Of a stretch of 64,000 bases of DNA, positions 1 to 10,422 are shown piece by piece (position 1 is the first letter of the stretch; every line of letters starts with the position of its first letter). A program made the translations under genes and the position numbers. The notes under the pieces are model-generated. The model was given only the letters and a program-made list of their open reading frames with translations, searched no databases and was not told the DNA's origin. This stretch comes from a virus: IMG/VR virus record IMGVR_UViG_3300030379_000259, one strand, 5' to 3'.

Positions 1-2138
1 CCATCTACAAGTTCTTTGCCATAAATGGCTTGCAGATTATAAAAATCGTCGCCAATAGCGATAGGAATAATTGCAATATGTGATTTTTTACATATTTTGT
101 TCAAATATTCCATATCGTGAACCATTTGTGTATGGCCGTAACCAGTACCATTCGGACGCCCATCTGACAACACGAACAAAAACTTTTGTGTTTCTGGCCG
201 CTTAACTAGCTTGGAAATGCCAAAACGAAGTCCGTAACCATCATGATTACAAGCATTATGTGCTTGCATAAACACAAGTTTTGAAGCATTGATGTTGTTC
301 TTGACGTCATCCATCTTCAGATACTCGTTAATCATAACACTTTCGTGCTCACAGTGACCGTAAACTCCAAATGGAATTTTAAGCTCTCTGCAAAACGCTT
401 CCAGACACATTGCTGCTAGTCTTGCTGCTTTCTCACGATCTCCGTCCATACTGCCAGATTCATCAACCATGATTTCGACAGCACACAGCGGACGTTTTGT
501 CGGTGCGGTGATATCCATAAACACTCGCTCCGAACCAGACGCATACGCGTTGACATCCAACATAATGCCCTCATCTTGTTCATAGTAGATATTCCCTTTT
601 CGACGTTCCTTGAGAACTTTTAGGACTTTTTTGGCCAACGTCTTCGCAATTGCCTTCTCTTTTGATGTGAAAATTGCATTATAAGCATTTACATCAGTCT
701 CAAAATCTCTGCGAATACTGTGTGACAGATTTGCTACTCTGCCATCTTTGATAAATCTACCGAATTCCTGATTTTCATATTGTCGATTTAGATCTTCCAG
801 GTTTTGTTCGGCAAAGATCTTATTCAAAACTGATTCAGAAGATTTGTTTGCTTCGTTTTCGGCTTTTGCAAAAATATCCTGCAGTGCTTTGCTGAAAGCA
901 GGATCAATAGGCGCTTGTTTGCTTTTATCTGTTTCTTCATTCTGTTGGCTCTGGCCGTCTGCCTTCTGATTTTTATTTTCAGAACTTTTTTGTTGCTTGT
1001 TTTTGGAACCAACGGCATTTTTGCCGTTAGTATCATTTTCACCAGATTCATCATTTGGAGAGCCCGTAGAAGCGCTTTCAGCGCCGTTTTCTTTGTTTTG
1101 CGAGTCAGTGCTAGGCTGTTCAGCCTTACTGCCTTCTGAGTCATTCTGAGAGCCTTCGGAGCCACTCTGATTGTCCTTGCTTGAATTGTCAGAAGAAGAT
1201 TGGCTTGACTGAGCACTCTGTCTCTGATTGGCTTGACCAACCATTGTAGAACGCGATTGTCCTTGTCCATCCTCTTGCTCATTCATCTCACTCTGGTCAT
1301 CAGAGATTGCATTGTCATCTGCAAATTGAGACAGCATATTGAGTGCCTGTTGGATTCTATCAGCTTGCTCAAAGTATTCATTAAAATACTTCCACAAGAT
1401 CTGCATAATTTTTCCAACAACGTGAAGACGATCCTCATAATTTGGCATCGACTCCACAGCAAACAAAGGCTGCGTATCCTTTAATTCCGGATACAACTTC
1501 AGACTTTCATCCGAAAAGCAACCTCTTGCCTGGCAAAGAAGCAAATTAAGCAATGCATTAATATCTTTGCTTTGAGGCGTTTCTGCTGAAATATGTTGCC
1601 GTAGACGTTCTGTCAAAGCATCTACATAGGAAGCAAATCCAGGGTACTTTTGTACAGCAAGGTACTCAATTACCGGGTCCTCAACAATGTTCGCAATTTT
1701 AAAAAACAGCTTATCAAATAACTCTTTCGAAATTCCGTAAGCCTTCTCTACTTCATCGGTTTGCTGAAAGCCGTCAAAATATTCACCATATGGGAACACT
1801 TTTTTCTCCTGCAACTCTGCAGCTCTGGCAAAATTCGTATGCAGTCCATGACCAAAAACCTCGTGAGTCAGCTTACCAAGCGCAAGTTTTTTTCGCTCCA
1901 CAAAGTTCAGACCTTTATCCAGCACAGAGTCCAAATTGATGTAGCACTCTTTGTCGGAAATCCAGGCAATCTTTCCGTCAGGGGCAAAATCTGTACGAAT
2001 CGGTACAGACTTGAAACTATAATAGTTTAAACTGGAATTGGCCAGCCCTTGTAGGACTGACCGAAAACCAGATGCCTTGACTATTTCCTTGAGAGAAGTG
2101 TTTTCTTTCACAAACTCTCGCAGTTCTTTTTTATTCAT
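1..2138 (-). CDS. VWA-domain protein, CobT-like (3'-partial, continues past window start)
   Basis: Manual minus-strand translation from ATG at 2136-2138 (RBS AAGGAG upstream) stays open to position 1. The end has a VWA MIDAS motif VDESGSM. A long Q/S/N/D/E low-complexity linker sits in the middle. Absent from the ORF track because it runs off the window edge. Confidence 0.6.
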   Translation of the reverse strand, partial: MNKKELREFVKENTSLKEIVKASGFRSVLQGLANSSLNYYSFKSVPIRTDFAPDGKIAWISDKECYINLDSVLDKGLNFVERKKLALGKLTHEVFGHGLHTNFARAAELQEKKVFPYGEYFDGFQQTDEVEKAYGISKELFDKLFFKIANIVEDPVIEYLAVQKYPGFASYVDALTERLRQHISAETPQSKDINALLNLLLCQARGCFSDESLKLYPELKDTQPLFAVESMPNYEDRLHVVGKIMQILWKYFNEYFEQADRIQQALNMLSQFADDNAISDDQSEMNEQEDGQGQSRSTMVGQANQRQSAQSSQSSSDNSSKDNQSGSEGSQNDSEGSKAEQPSTDSQNKENGAESASTGSPNDESGENDTNGKNAVGSKNKQQKSSENKNQKADGQSQQNEETDKSKQAPIDPAFSKALQDIFAKAENEANKSSESVLNKIFAEQNLEDLNRQYENQEFGRFIKDGRVANLSHSIRRDFETDVNAYNAIFTSKEKAIAKTLAKKVLKVLKERRKGNIYYEQDEGIMLDVNAYASGSERVFMDITAPTKRPLCAVEIMVDESGSMDGDREKAARLAAMCLEAFCRELKIPFGVYGHCEHESVMINEYLKMDDVKNNINASKLVFMQAHNACNHDGYGLRFGISKLVKRPETQKFLFVLSDGRPNGTGYGHTQMVHDMEYLNKICKKSHIAIIPIAIGDDFYNLQAIYGKELVD

Positions 2139-2148
2139 GAATTTCTCC

Positions 2149-3687
2149 TTAATTAAGACCCAAAATAGAGTCAAGCTTGTCGCTGATAATTTCAGCATAA
2201 CCATCCTCCAAAGAGGTCTTATTTTCAATCGTAAGGGCAGCAGACTGTCGTAAAGTCCCACCATTGAACTGGTAATCATTGATACAATCAATTGCCCCAC
2301 GAATATCAGCAATGCCCTGCGTAATGCTTTGATCGCGGATGATTTCCTGCAACTCGCCAATGGCATGAATGACCTTGGCCACATCTTCCCTATCGCCCTG
2401 ATATCCGGTAACAGACATCACACGGTCAATCTGTTCAGAAACTGTCGGTGCGTCGATTTTCTTGACATAAGCAACACGGGACAGCAGGGACAGGTTGAAG
2501 GGATTGCATCCTTCGTAATCCACGTTCGTTGTAAAAATGAATGTGGTGTTCGGATGAATGGGTACCTGCGCACCATTCGGCAAGATCAAAGTGCGATTGG
2601 AGTCCAATACACAATTCAAAAAGCCAAGCGTACCGGCGTTGATAATCAGTGAGGGCTCCTGGATTTCAATTATCCAGCCGTAACGACAAGCCAATACCAG
2701 TTCCGTTAAGGAATACTGAATCTCATCGTTATCGATGCCAGTCACATCAACATCCTTTTTCCAAAGGCTTTTAACTGCACGCTGAAAGAACTTAACAAGC
2801 GCTCCGTTAGAAGCAATTTTGTTAGGCTTACCACGCAGATCACTTTCGTTTGTCATTGCAGAACAACAAATGAAAGTATACGGAATTCCGGTCATCTTGC
2901 TGAAATATTTACCCATTTCAGACTTACCAGTTCCGGCAGGTCCATAAAAGAAGAAAGCAGGTGCTTTCCCCATCTTTTGGATGCCATTATACAGACGAGA
3001 CACAAACAGTTTATCGTTGTTTGTAGGAACATAACCTTCGACAAGCTGATTGGAAGCAATACGCTCCTTCTCAAACTTGTTGTAGGAATTTTCCTGTCTG
3101 ATAGTCCAGTCTCGTTCGTTAAATGCAGGTACTGAATTGACAGTCTGCTTCGCATCCATCGGCAACGCCTTTGCAGAGATGCCGAGACCGTTCACCGCAT
3201 ATGGGTACGGAACTCCATTGGCACACAAAGTCACAAGAGGCGTTAAGTTGTTCAAAAACGCCGGCAAAACAGGTCCGCTTAACGAAAGCGGACGCCAAGG
3301 AACCATTCTGGAATTGCTATCTTCAAGATTAACAATCCTTTGCTCAATTTTTTCCTTGTCGAGTGCAGATGAAGTTTCTGTCATGCAAGACGCAATGACA
3401 ATAAACATTGCATCAACTGCTGACTCGCCACCAATAGTCCGTTTATCAAAGTAAATTTCGCCTTGATACCAGCAGCCAGTGACTACCCGAGACTTATAGG
3501 CGTACTGCAGTTCGACGGCCACAGCGCCTTGGTCAGATTCAGCAATAATAACACTAAGTTTTTTGTCGCTGATCAAATTGAAAAAGTAATTAATCAATTT
3601 GGCAACATTGTTTGCCCCATGGATATCATTAGGAACCTCATTTGCTGCAGTCAGTGCCGCTCGATTCCATTTCGTTCTATTTGCCAT
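2149..3687 (-). CDS. AAA+ ATPase, CobS/MoxR (AAA_5)-like
   Basis: Walker A GPAGTGKS; AAA_5-like core; directly upstream of the VWA protein, the classical AAA+VWA pairing. Confidence 0.65.
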   Translation of the reverse strand: MANRTKWNRAALTAANEVPNDIHGANNVAKLINYFFNLISDKKLSVIIAESDQGAVAVELQYAYKSRVVTGCWYQGEIYFDKRTIGGESAVDAMFIVIASCMTETSSALDKEKIEQRIVNLEDSNSRMVPWRPLSLSGPVLPAFLNNLTPLVTLCANGVPYPYAVNGLGISAKALPMDAKQTVNSVPAFNERDWTIRQENSYNKFEKERIASNQLVEGYVPTNNDKLFVSRLYNGIQKMGKAPAFFFYGPAGTGKSEMGKYFSKMTGIPYTFICCSAMTNESDLRGKPNKIASNGALVKFFQRAVKSLWKKDVDVTGIDNDEIQYSLTELVLACRYGWIIEIQEPSLIINAGTLGFLNCVLDSNRTLILPNGAQVPIHPNTTFIFTTNVDYEGCNPFNLSLLSRVAYVKKIDAPTVSEQIDRVMSVTGYQGDREDVAKVIHAIGELQEIIRDQSITQGIADIRGAIDCINDYQFNGGTLRQSAALTIENKTSLEDGYAEIISDKLDSILGLN

Positions 3688-3704
3688 AATAAATTTCCTC
3701 CTTA

Positions 3705-3742
3705 ATAAAAAAAAGAGCCATCAGTAAAAAACTGACGACTCT
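3705..3742 (-). terminator. leader hairpin + U8 between promoter and RBS of the CobS-like gene (attenuator-like)
   Basis: Minus-strand stem AGAGUCGUCAG/CUGAUGGCUCU (11 bp with two wobbles), then UUUUUUUU, then AAGGAGG and ATG. Confidence 0.45.
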
Positions 3743-3813
3743 TTTTGTTTTTAATGTTTATTTTTTTTATAACTATAACCTCTGTGCAAATGCGCAGAAT
3801 ATAATTAACACCA

Positions 3814-3826
3814 TAATTATAACACA
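3814..3826 (-). promoter_or_regulatory. extended -10 promoter (RC TGTGTTATAATTAT)
   Basis: Instance of the recurring RC motif TGnTATAAT upstream of the CobS-like gene. Confidence 0.45.
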
Positions 3827-3840
3827 AAACAAAATCAAAA

Positions 3841-3875
3841 CAAAAAAAGAGACGCATAAGCGTCTCTTTTTGTTA
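3841..3875 (-). terminator. rho-independent terminator after ssb (bidirectional shape)
   Basis: Stem AGAGACGC/GCGTCTCT, loop ATAA, flanked by A-run and T-run. Confidence 0.6.
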
Positions 3876-3879
3876 TAGT

Positions 3880-4290
3880 TTAGAAGGGCAGATCGTCGTC
3901 CTCGTCCACCTCTTCACCCACATCTTCGGATGCAGGCTCAGTCTTAGCAGCGGGCTTGGAAGCGCCATTACCGTTCTGACCACCAAAGGCAGTCAAATCA
4001 TTTACCCGTACACAGAGCTTCTTGCGCTGATGGCCCTCTTTGTCTGTGAATTCTTTGAATTCAGGAACACCAGATACAGCCACGGGCATGCCTTTCTTTA
4101 GCCAACCCATATCGCCACCCTGCGTGCAGTCATAAAAGTTTGCATGATCCTGACTGAATGTCTGAGAAGCAACTGTATAAATTGCAAATTTCTTGCCGGA
4201 CTTGTTGGTACGCACCTCTGCGTCAGCTACTAGTCTGCCGGTAAAATTAAAAATTGCAATGTCTCTGCCTCGATTTTCTTTATTTGCCAT
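3880..4290 (-). CDS. ssb: single-stranded DNA-binding protein
   Basis: OB-fold-like N-terminus, Gly/Asn-rich linker, acidic C-terminal tail ending DEDDDLPF. RBS AAGGAG before the second Met (MANKEN). Confidence 0.85.
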   Translation of the reverse strand: MANKENRGRDIAIFNFTGRLVADAEVRTNKSGKKFAIYTVASQTFSQDHANFYDCTQGGDMGWLKKGMPVAVSGVPEFKEFTDKEGHQRKKLCVRVNDLTAFGGQNGNGASKPAAKTEPASEDVGEEVDEDDDLPF

Positions 4291-4328
4291 AATAATTCTC
4301 CTTTCTGGCAATTAATTTTATTTGTATA

Positions 4329-4778
4329 TTAAGAAACACCTAAATAATAATCCCTGTCATATTTCGGCACAAACTCAAATTTTTTAAACTTTTCATTCAG
4401 TTTTTCAAATGAGTTAAAACGTACTTTGTTGTTTGGGAAATTCAAGGTGTATTCTTTGGTAAGGGGTAGATACAAGAACATGTATTTGTTTTTAATACCT
4501 TCGTTGTCCTTGTATTTGATGCGTTGAACAATTTGATATGGATTGTCATGCTCAACGACTTTTGCCTTCAGTTGCTTGTCACGATATGTCAGCACGATCT
4601 TTGCCAACACAACATCGTACTGCGATGGTGCATCTTTTAGCATAATGTCATCTTTATAGGACAAGACAACATACCGATCAAAGCCATCAAATAAACACTG
4701 ACTAACATAAGAATCAAGCAGAGGCCGATATTGCTCTCTCAATTCTTCGATGGGTTTGGTGAATTTTCTTAATGCCAT
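4329..4778 (-). CDS. hypothetical protein
   Basis: ORF with AGGAGA RBS before the internal Met (MALRKF). Confidence 0.5.
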   Translation of the reverse strand: MALRKFTKPIEELREQYRPLLDSYVSQCLFDGFDRYVVLSYKDDIMLKDAPSQYDVVLAKIVLTYRDKQLKAKVVEHDNPYQIVQRIKYKDNEGIKNKYMFLYLPLTKEYTLNFPNNKVRFNSFEKLNEKFKKFEFVPKYDRDYYLGVS

Positions 4779-4874
4779 TTTATCTCCTAAATAATATGAA
4801 AAGACGGGCACCACAAGGATGACCGTCTTAAAAGCAATTTATTTTTTGTTATAACTTATAACGTCATAATTATA

Positions 4875-4889
4875 ACACATTTTTGTAAA
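4875..4889 (-). promoter_or_regulatory. extended -10 promoter (RC TGTGTTATAATTATG)
   Basis: TGnTATAAT motif about 100 nt upstream of the 4778 start. Confidence 0.45.
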
Positions 4890-4898
4890 CGAGACAAA

Positions 4899-5324
4899 TT
4901 ATGCAACATTCAAGCGTTTATTGGGTAGGCTTTCCAGCCAATCAACAAAGTCCCTATCGTACACATACCGAACGTTGTCAAGCATAAAAGCACCGGGTAT
5001 AACATCCATAATTTTCTCGGCCTTAGGTCTCCCTACGCTGAAAATGTCCATAATATCCTCAACCGTGTACATTGCAGGGCGTATTTTAATGACTTTCGTG
5101 TCAACGCCCTCCCCCAAGTGTGAATAGTACATTGCTTCACTTACCAGATAGCCATTTGTAAAGTAATCACTTGCCAGAATATAGCGACGGGAATTGATGT
5201 AAAAATAATCATATTTTTTCATTTTACAACAAGCTTGAGAATATGTGCAGCCTTCGATTCTTTGAATATCAACAGCACTGATTACATACATTTGGAATTT
5301 ACCATCATTTCTTTTAATACGCAT
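4899..5324 (-). CDS. hypothetical protein
   Basis: ORF, 141 aa, no recognisable motif. Confidence 0.45.
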   Translation of the reverse strand: MRIKRNDGKFQMYVISAVDIQRIEGCTYSQACCKMKKYDYFYINSRRYILASDYFTNGYLVSEAMYYSHLGEGVDTKVIKIRPAMYTVEDIMDIFSVGRPKAEKIMDVIPGAFMLDNVRYVYDRDFVDWLESLPNKRLNVA

Positions 5325-5347
5325 AACTTATCTCTCCTTGATTTTTT

Positions 5348-5392
5348 TTGTAAAACAAAAGAAGCCTCAAATGAGACTTCTTTATTTAATTT
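5348..5392 (-). terminator. rho-independent terminator
   Basis: Stem AAGAAG..CUUCUU followed by a U-rich run on the minus strand. Confidence 0.4.
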
Positions 5393-5665
5393 TTAAGCGT
5401 CCTTGAGAAAACGCTTGGCTGTATCGCCAACCATCACTACGCAATTGATTTTACCAAACAAATCGCGAGAATTTCGAATAGACGAAATATCTCCATTATA
5501 GGCAAATCGTGCGCAGTCTAAAAGAATTTGATCGGTAATTCTGGCTTTATCAATAACAACCGGCAGATGTGTCTGCGTGTAAAAGCAGATATATTTACCA
5601 TTGTCTTTGTAGGACCGATTGATACCGATCAAGTAGCTATCCAGCTTTAAGCTGTTGGTTATCAT
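5393..5665 (-). CDS. hypothetical protein
   Basis: ORF, 90 aa, overlaps the end of the upstream gene. Confidence 0.4.
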   Translation of the reverse strand: MITNSLKLDSYLIGINRSYKDNGKYICFYTQTHLPVVIDKARITDQILLDCARFAYNGDISSIRNSRDLFGKINCVVMVGDTAKRFLKDA

Positions 5666-6686
5666 CTACTTCCCCCTTTTGTGCAACAACATACTTGAGC
5701 TCGTCGTTGATGTCTTTCCCGTGTTCGGCACGTACATCAACAATTTTTCCATCCCAACGCATATCACTCAACATCTTCTTTGTGTGCGTTCTTGCATTTT
5801 CTCCGGCCTTGTCATTGTCCAAGGCAAGATAAATGGTTTCAATAGACGGGTCCTTTTCCAGCCAATACTTGATGCACTTGTATTTTGAGCACCCGGTAAG
5901 CGCCAGGTAGTTGAATTTGGCGAAATCATCACCATTCAGATCAAACAAGGACATATACGCCATTGCATCAATCACAGCTTCCGTAACAACCATTTTATTT
6001 GAATGATTGTTAATGTAGAATGCATGATCTACATCGCTGCCGGTCACACCGTAAGTAATACGCTCGTTCCAGTTGGTATCTCGAACACAACCAAATACAG
6101 GAACACCGTCTTCATTGTAAGACACATATATGCACTTACCGGTAAGGTCCTGATACATATAATTGTTATCAATAAAGTAGTCGTAAACATGCGGTGTAAT
6201 CTTTCGAAACCCCACCAGATATGCAAACAGTCGTTTATAACCGGTGTGTGGATCATCGCAAGGATGACGTAGAGGCAGTTTAAACTCCCTGCTAACATTA
6301 CGCAATGAACTTTGTCTTTTGGATTTTGCAGCAGCTGCAAATTCATTCCGATCTGGAATGCCAGCCAAAAAGCGATTTCCGTAATCAATTAAGATTTTTA
6401 CTGCCTGACTGAAATCCACGTCTTCCGTATTCATGATAAAATCGATGATGCTTCCGTGCGGGTTTCTGCCCTTGCCTGAGTTACGCCAAAAGCAATTGGC
6501 TTGCAGGTCAATTACTAGGGACGACATGTCATTCGAGTCCGGAGCTGCAAACTCAATCTTGGGTGTTACATAAGAACGACCAACTTGCTTCCACTCCGTA
6601 ATCCCGACCATATCCTCGGCGTATGTCTGGATAGACACATTCTGCTTGAGATATTCGATGTCTTCTTTGTTATCCTTGAACTGCAT
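5637..6686 (-). CDS. primase-like protein (DnaG-type zinc-binding-like N-terminus + Toprim; plasmid/phage type)
   Basis: N-terminal CFWRNSGKG...GSIIDFIMNTEDVDFSQAVK resembles the DnaG zinc-binding region. C-terminal Toprim acidic motif IYLALDNDKAGE. Confidence 0.55.
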   Translation of the reverse strand: MQFKDNKEDIEYLKQNVSIQTYAEDMVGITEWKQVGRSYVTPKIEFAAPDSNDMSSLVIDLQANCFWRNSGKGRNPHGSIIDFIMNTEDVDFSQAVKILIDYGNRFLAGIPDRNEFAAAAKSKRQSSLRNVSREFKLPLRHPCDDPHTGYKRLFAYLVGFRKITPHVYDYFIDNNYMYQDLTGKCIYVSYNEDGVPVFGCVRDTNWNERITYGVTGSDVDHAFYINNHSNKMVVTEAVIDAMAYMSLFDLNGDDFAKFNYLALTGCSKYKCIKYWLEKDPSIETIYLALDNDKAGENARTHTKKMLSDMRWDGKIVDVRAEHGKDINDELKYVVAQKGEVDDNQQLKAG

Positions 6687-6724
6687 AAGCTCATTTCCTC
6701 CTTTCTTATTTTTCGAATGCTTTC

Positions 6725-7660
6725 TTATATTGAGCGCATTCTCTTAATTGTGTCGAGAATAGTGGTCCGATCAGAAGGTGTCGGATCATCAAGATAACGA
6801 CACAGCGTTGCAATCAGCTCATTCAGGGTCAAATCATCGCTGACCAAGTTGTTCTTGTAGTCCCTGCCTTTCATTTTCTTAACGAAAGTGATGAAGCCAG
6901 GGTTGTCGATAACATCGATAACATTTTGCCCTCTAAACGAGCCGTAAGGGAAGTTTGCCATCAGACACTTCTCAAGGTGTTTTTCGTCATCAGACAAAAT
7001 AACATCCGTTGTGTCGGGCTCGCTTTCATCATCCTCTACCACAGGCGGAAACAGATGCTCCGGCTGTGCCTCATCGATTACAGGTACTTCTTGAACTTCC
7101 TCTTCTTTGGGCTTGTTTGTTTTCTTCTTTCTCGAAGTTTTTGGTTTTGCATCACCAGTTACATCAGAATCAGCTTTTACCGCACTCCGACGGTCAATGA
7201 GAGGCCCGTCAACGGGCTTTTCTCCCTCGTCAAACATCTGCTCCTCCCGAATGGAAAAACCTGCAGAACCCAAGCAGCGGGCCTTTGCAATGGTTTCACA
7301 TCTTTCCAAAGCAGACGGGTCAGAATCCTGGTAGGCACTTGCCTGCCCCGTTGCTACGGGGAATATCATCTGATTTTCTGTTCCGGGGAACAACACCTCC
7401 GTCAGTGTGGCCTTCTGAATAATCATGTTGTTACTGAACTTTTGCAGCTCCGTTGTCAATGACATGACTTTCTTTGTCTCTTCTACATAGAGATTAAACC
7501 ACAGCTGACGTGCCCGTGCAGGAAGGTACTTTACCTTTTTGGTAATTTCCTGGCCGAACTCGTTTGTCTCGATTTGGGTGCCGGTCTCGAGATAGTCAAC
7601 CGGGTTAAAATCAGAGACTTTTCTTGTCAGCACCAATTGTTCCGTCTTCTTTTTTGCCAT
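6725..7660 (-). CDS. hypothetical protein with acidic/lysine-rich central linker
   Basis: ORF, 311 aa. Confidence 0.5.
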   Translation of the reverse strand: MAKKKTEQLVLTRKVSDFNPVDYLETGTQIETNEFGQEITKKVKYLPARARQLWFNLYVEETKKVMSLTTELQKFSNNMIIQKATLTEVLFPGTENQMIFPVATGQASAYQDSDPSALERCETIAKARCLGSAGFSIREEQMFDEGEKPVDGPLIDRRSAVKADSDVTGDAKPKTSRKKKTNKPKEEEVQEVPVIDEAQPEHLFPPVVEDDESEPDTTDVILSDDEKHLEKCLMANFPYGSFRGQNVIDVIDNPGFITFVKKMKGRDYKNNLVSDDLTLNELIATLCRYLDDPTPSDRTTILDTIKRMRSI

Positions 7661-7779
7661 ATTTGTTTCTCCTTACTAAAAAAATAAATCATATACAAAA
7701 CAAAAAAACCGGCCCTTCAAATGTAAAAAAATAACATAAGAAGAGTCGGTGACTCAATTTCATATATAACTTTATAATT

Positions 7780-7792
7780 AAGTTATACCACA
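7780..7792 (-). promoter_or_regulatory. extended -10-like promoter (RC TGGTATAAC)
   Basis: TGnTATAAc about 120 nt upstream of the 7660 start. Confidence 0.3.
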
Positions 7793-7801
7793 GCAAAATA
7801 G

Positions 7802-8648
7802 TTATGTCAAGCGCGCAATTTTGCGTTTAATATGCTTTTTTGTTTTGTTCACTTCACCAATCATAATTGGAGAAGAAACGATACAATTAGTATGCTTGCC
7901 GACAAACTTGTTACCACCTACGAAGCAGTATTGACACATTCCCTTGCAAGTATTTGGCAAACCCATATCAAAAACATCAATGTTTGCATCCTTTGAGACA
8001 CCACTGTGACACAGAATGCTGCGCATAAGCTTTACAACCGAATTCTTTGTGCCTTTCGCGTAAACTGTAATTTGATATTTTTGTGCTATTTCTTGCATTT
8101 TAGAAAGCATTTTTGTTTTTGTGCCCATATCAACAACAGCAGAATACAGACAAGCATGTATAGGTTGCTCAAAAGGTTCAACAAATTCAACGATGCACGC
8201 CCTAACGGCACCGGATAGCTTTTGACACAAACTATCGAATTTCTTGAGATGATATTTCTCGCTATATTCATTATTGATGATAATCGGAGAATACTTCCAG
8301 ACGACACGATGCGGATATTTCTTACCCAGTAATACCAGATCTTCTAACACTTGTTTCTTATTAAGCCCCGGTTCCACCTCTGCCTTATATGGCGTCAACG
8401 TAACCATCGCTACAGATTGATATCCAAGCTTATCCAGATACTCAAAATCTTCAAAGAGATTATGCGGATCTTTAGTTTGAAAAACAACCAATTCGAAATT
8501 TTTGGGACTCAATTCGTAGATATTGTTTAATTTCTCTGTTTCAACCGCAAAATAGCCATCATCAAACCTTTTTTGCAACCAGCCATTGTAAAAACGAACT
8601 AAATCAGTATTGTTACTTACATTTAAAATCATAAACAACCTCAAAACG
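7802..8648 (-). CDS. hypothetical protein, DUF1848-like with C-terminal Cys cluster
   Basis: Start set at internal ATG (MILNVSNNTDL) preceded by GAGG. N-terminal pattern resembles DUF1848 and there is a C-terminal CxxC cluster. Family assignment is from memory only. Confidence 0.35.
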
Positions 8649-8808
8649 AACTGGGACAAAGACATTGCCCTGTCCCAGGAAAACAGGAACGCATTCATAG
8701 ATAAATAGTGTGTAGACAGATAACTTATGGTTGCCACTTTAAGAACATAATCTCTTTCATAGCTGACAATCCCCGCTGTGGCAAAACGGTTCTTTATGAA
8801 TGCCTCGG

Positions 8809-9207
8809 TTAATAAGCAACAGCCGAATATTGCTCATTGCCGACCTGATAGTGAACATACAATCGGTACTTCCCAGCAATATCAATAACGGGCTTTTTCT
8901 CGATTGAAAGGCTCGTTCCGGTTCCAGTTGCGGTCCAGTCACGCTTTGTAACGTAAGTTGTACCCTCTTTCTTCTGCAAATACATATTAATTGTAATTTT
9001 GCATTTCGATTTGGCGCTGACGCTTGCGAAACATGTGGCGGTAATGCCGGATTTATCTAACGACTCAGCGTGTGAGCTGATGTGTACAAAGCGCTGTTCA
9101 ATGTCTGAATTATCAGCAGCTCCAGATTCTCCGGCGTATGCCGTTAGATTTACCACGCTTGTTAACATAATGAACAATGCAACTAAAAAAGAAACGATTT
9201 TTTTCAC
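8809..9207 (-). CDS. small secreted protein (signal peptide)
   Basis: MKKIVSFLVALFIMLTSVVNLTAYA signal peptide. Confidence 0.5.
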   Translation of the reverse strand: MKKIVSFLVALFIMLTSVVNLTAYAGESGAADNSDIEQRFVHISSHAESLDKSGITATCFASVSAKSKCKITINMYLQKKEGTTYVTKRDWTATGTGTSLSIEKKPVIDIAGKYRLYVHYQVGNEQYSAVAY

Positions 9208-9262
9208 TTCAAATCCTCCGTTTTCATAATATAATATCTGTTATCTTGTAATGATTGTGAAA

Positions 9263-9910
9263 TTATTGAACACCATCGGAAATCTTGCACATTATATCCC
9301 GATCTATATGAGTGCTAACTGTACCGGTAATAATGTAGATATAATCATTTTTATACTCTACAATTCGCATAGTTTGTGGTTGCGTTGTACTTTCTAAAAC
9401 AATACGTGACCCTGTGTTCTCAATTTCTTTATATCCTTCTAAATCAATAGAAACATTTACTCTTTTACGACATTTTTCAACCTGGAACCACTCATCGTTA
9501 TCACAAACATAATGTCTGCTGATCATTGACGACGTGTTTGTTTTATGATCGCATACAAATCCATTGGGCACATATTCTATCTGAATTTCGCCAACGCTGT
9601 CGCCTTTTGTATCTGAACTGAAAATTAGAATGTTTGACAAGGTGCTGCGCGTAATAAGATTTTTGCCTTCAGGAACGAACGCGATACAAGAAACAAACGC
9701 TCCTGCAATTAGGATGATAGCAATTGCAATAGCGACGATGCGTTTTGTAACAAAATGCTTTTTTACACTATTTGTCTTTGTTTGGTTGAAAATAGCGCTA
9801 TGCAAATGTTCATATGTTCCGTATGGAATTGGCTTTTTTGATTGTTTTTGGCGTTTAACTTCATCATATTGTGCGATGATTGCAGACTTCCGAACATCTT
9901 CATCTTTCAA
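9263..9910 (-). CDS. putative anti-sigma factor (single-pass membrane protein)
   Basis: Start overlaps the sigma gene stop by 4 nt (ATGA). Short cytoplasmic N-terminus, one TM (IVAIAIAIILIAGAF), then an extracytoplasmic domain. Confidence 0.5.
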   Translation of the reverse strand: MKDEDVRKSAIIAQYDEVKRQKQSKKPIPYGTYEHLHSAIFNQTKTNSVKKHFVTKRIVAIAIAIILIAGAFVSCIAFVPEGKNLITRSTLSNILIFSSDTKGDSVGEIQIEYVPNGFVCDHKTNTSSMISRHYVCDNDEWFQVEKCRKRVNVSIDLEGYKEIENTGSRIVLESTTQPQTMRIVEYKNDYIYIITGTVSTHIDRDIMCKISDGVQ

Positions 9911-10422
9911 TGCTTTAACTCCTCTCTCATATTCTTTTTTGCAATTTGTAATCTTTTGCGTACATAACTACTCTTCAGTCCATACATCGCTCCGATTTCT
10001 TTACTTGTATAACCGTAAATGTAAGACAGATATACGAAAACGCGATCTAATTCCGGTAAGCGCTTGATAATATCGCTTAGTTCGCCACCGTTCTCGTTTG
10101 GCATTTCCGCAATCTCTGCACATATATCCAGTGAGATGTTTTGGCTACTTTGTCTACTTACTCGATGATAGTATGTAATTGCAAACCCGTTTGCAACAGT
10201 CGCTACATAATTTTTGGTTGACTCCGACTCAACAGATTCCATGGCGTCAATATGTTTTATAAGATACAGAAAAATATCCTGCAGACAATCCTCAACATCT
10301 TCCCTGCCATTAATTCGTCGCGTAACTACCGAGTAGATCAGACGCATGTATTTATTGTATAAAGCGTCGAACAATTGTTCGCTTTCGCTCTCCACTTTGT
10401 TTTTGTCCACTATATCACCCAA
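9907..10422 (-). CDS. RNA polymerase sigma factor, ECF (sigma-70 region 2 + region 4)
   Basis: Region 2 (DCLQDIFLYL) and region 4 HTH (YTSKEIGAMYGLKSSYVRKRLQIAKKNM). TTG start in the ORF track; true start may be GTG 15 nt downstream. Confidence 0.75.
   Translation of the reverse strand: MGDIVDKNKVESESEQLFDALYNKYMRLIYSVVTRRINGREDVEDCLQDIFLYLIKHIDAMESVESESTKNYVATVANGFAITYYHRVSRQSSQNISLDICAEIAEMPNENGGELSDIIKRLPELDRVFVYLSYIYGYTSKEIGAMYGLKSSYVRKRLQIAKKNMREELKH

Noticed and set aside
824-1282. 152-aa minus-strand ORF from the track, low-complexity K/R/L-rich translation
   Set aside because: It is out of frame with the long open frame that encodes the VWA protein through this region. It arises from the Q/S/N-rich linker read in another frame.
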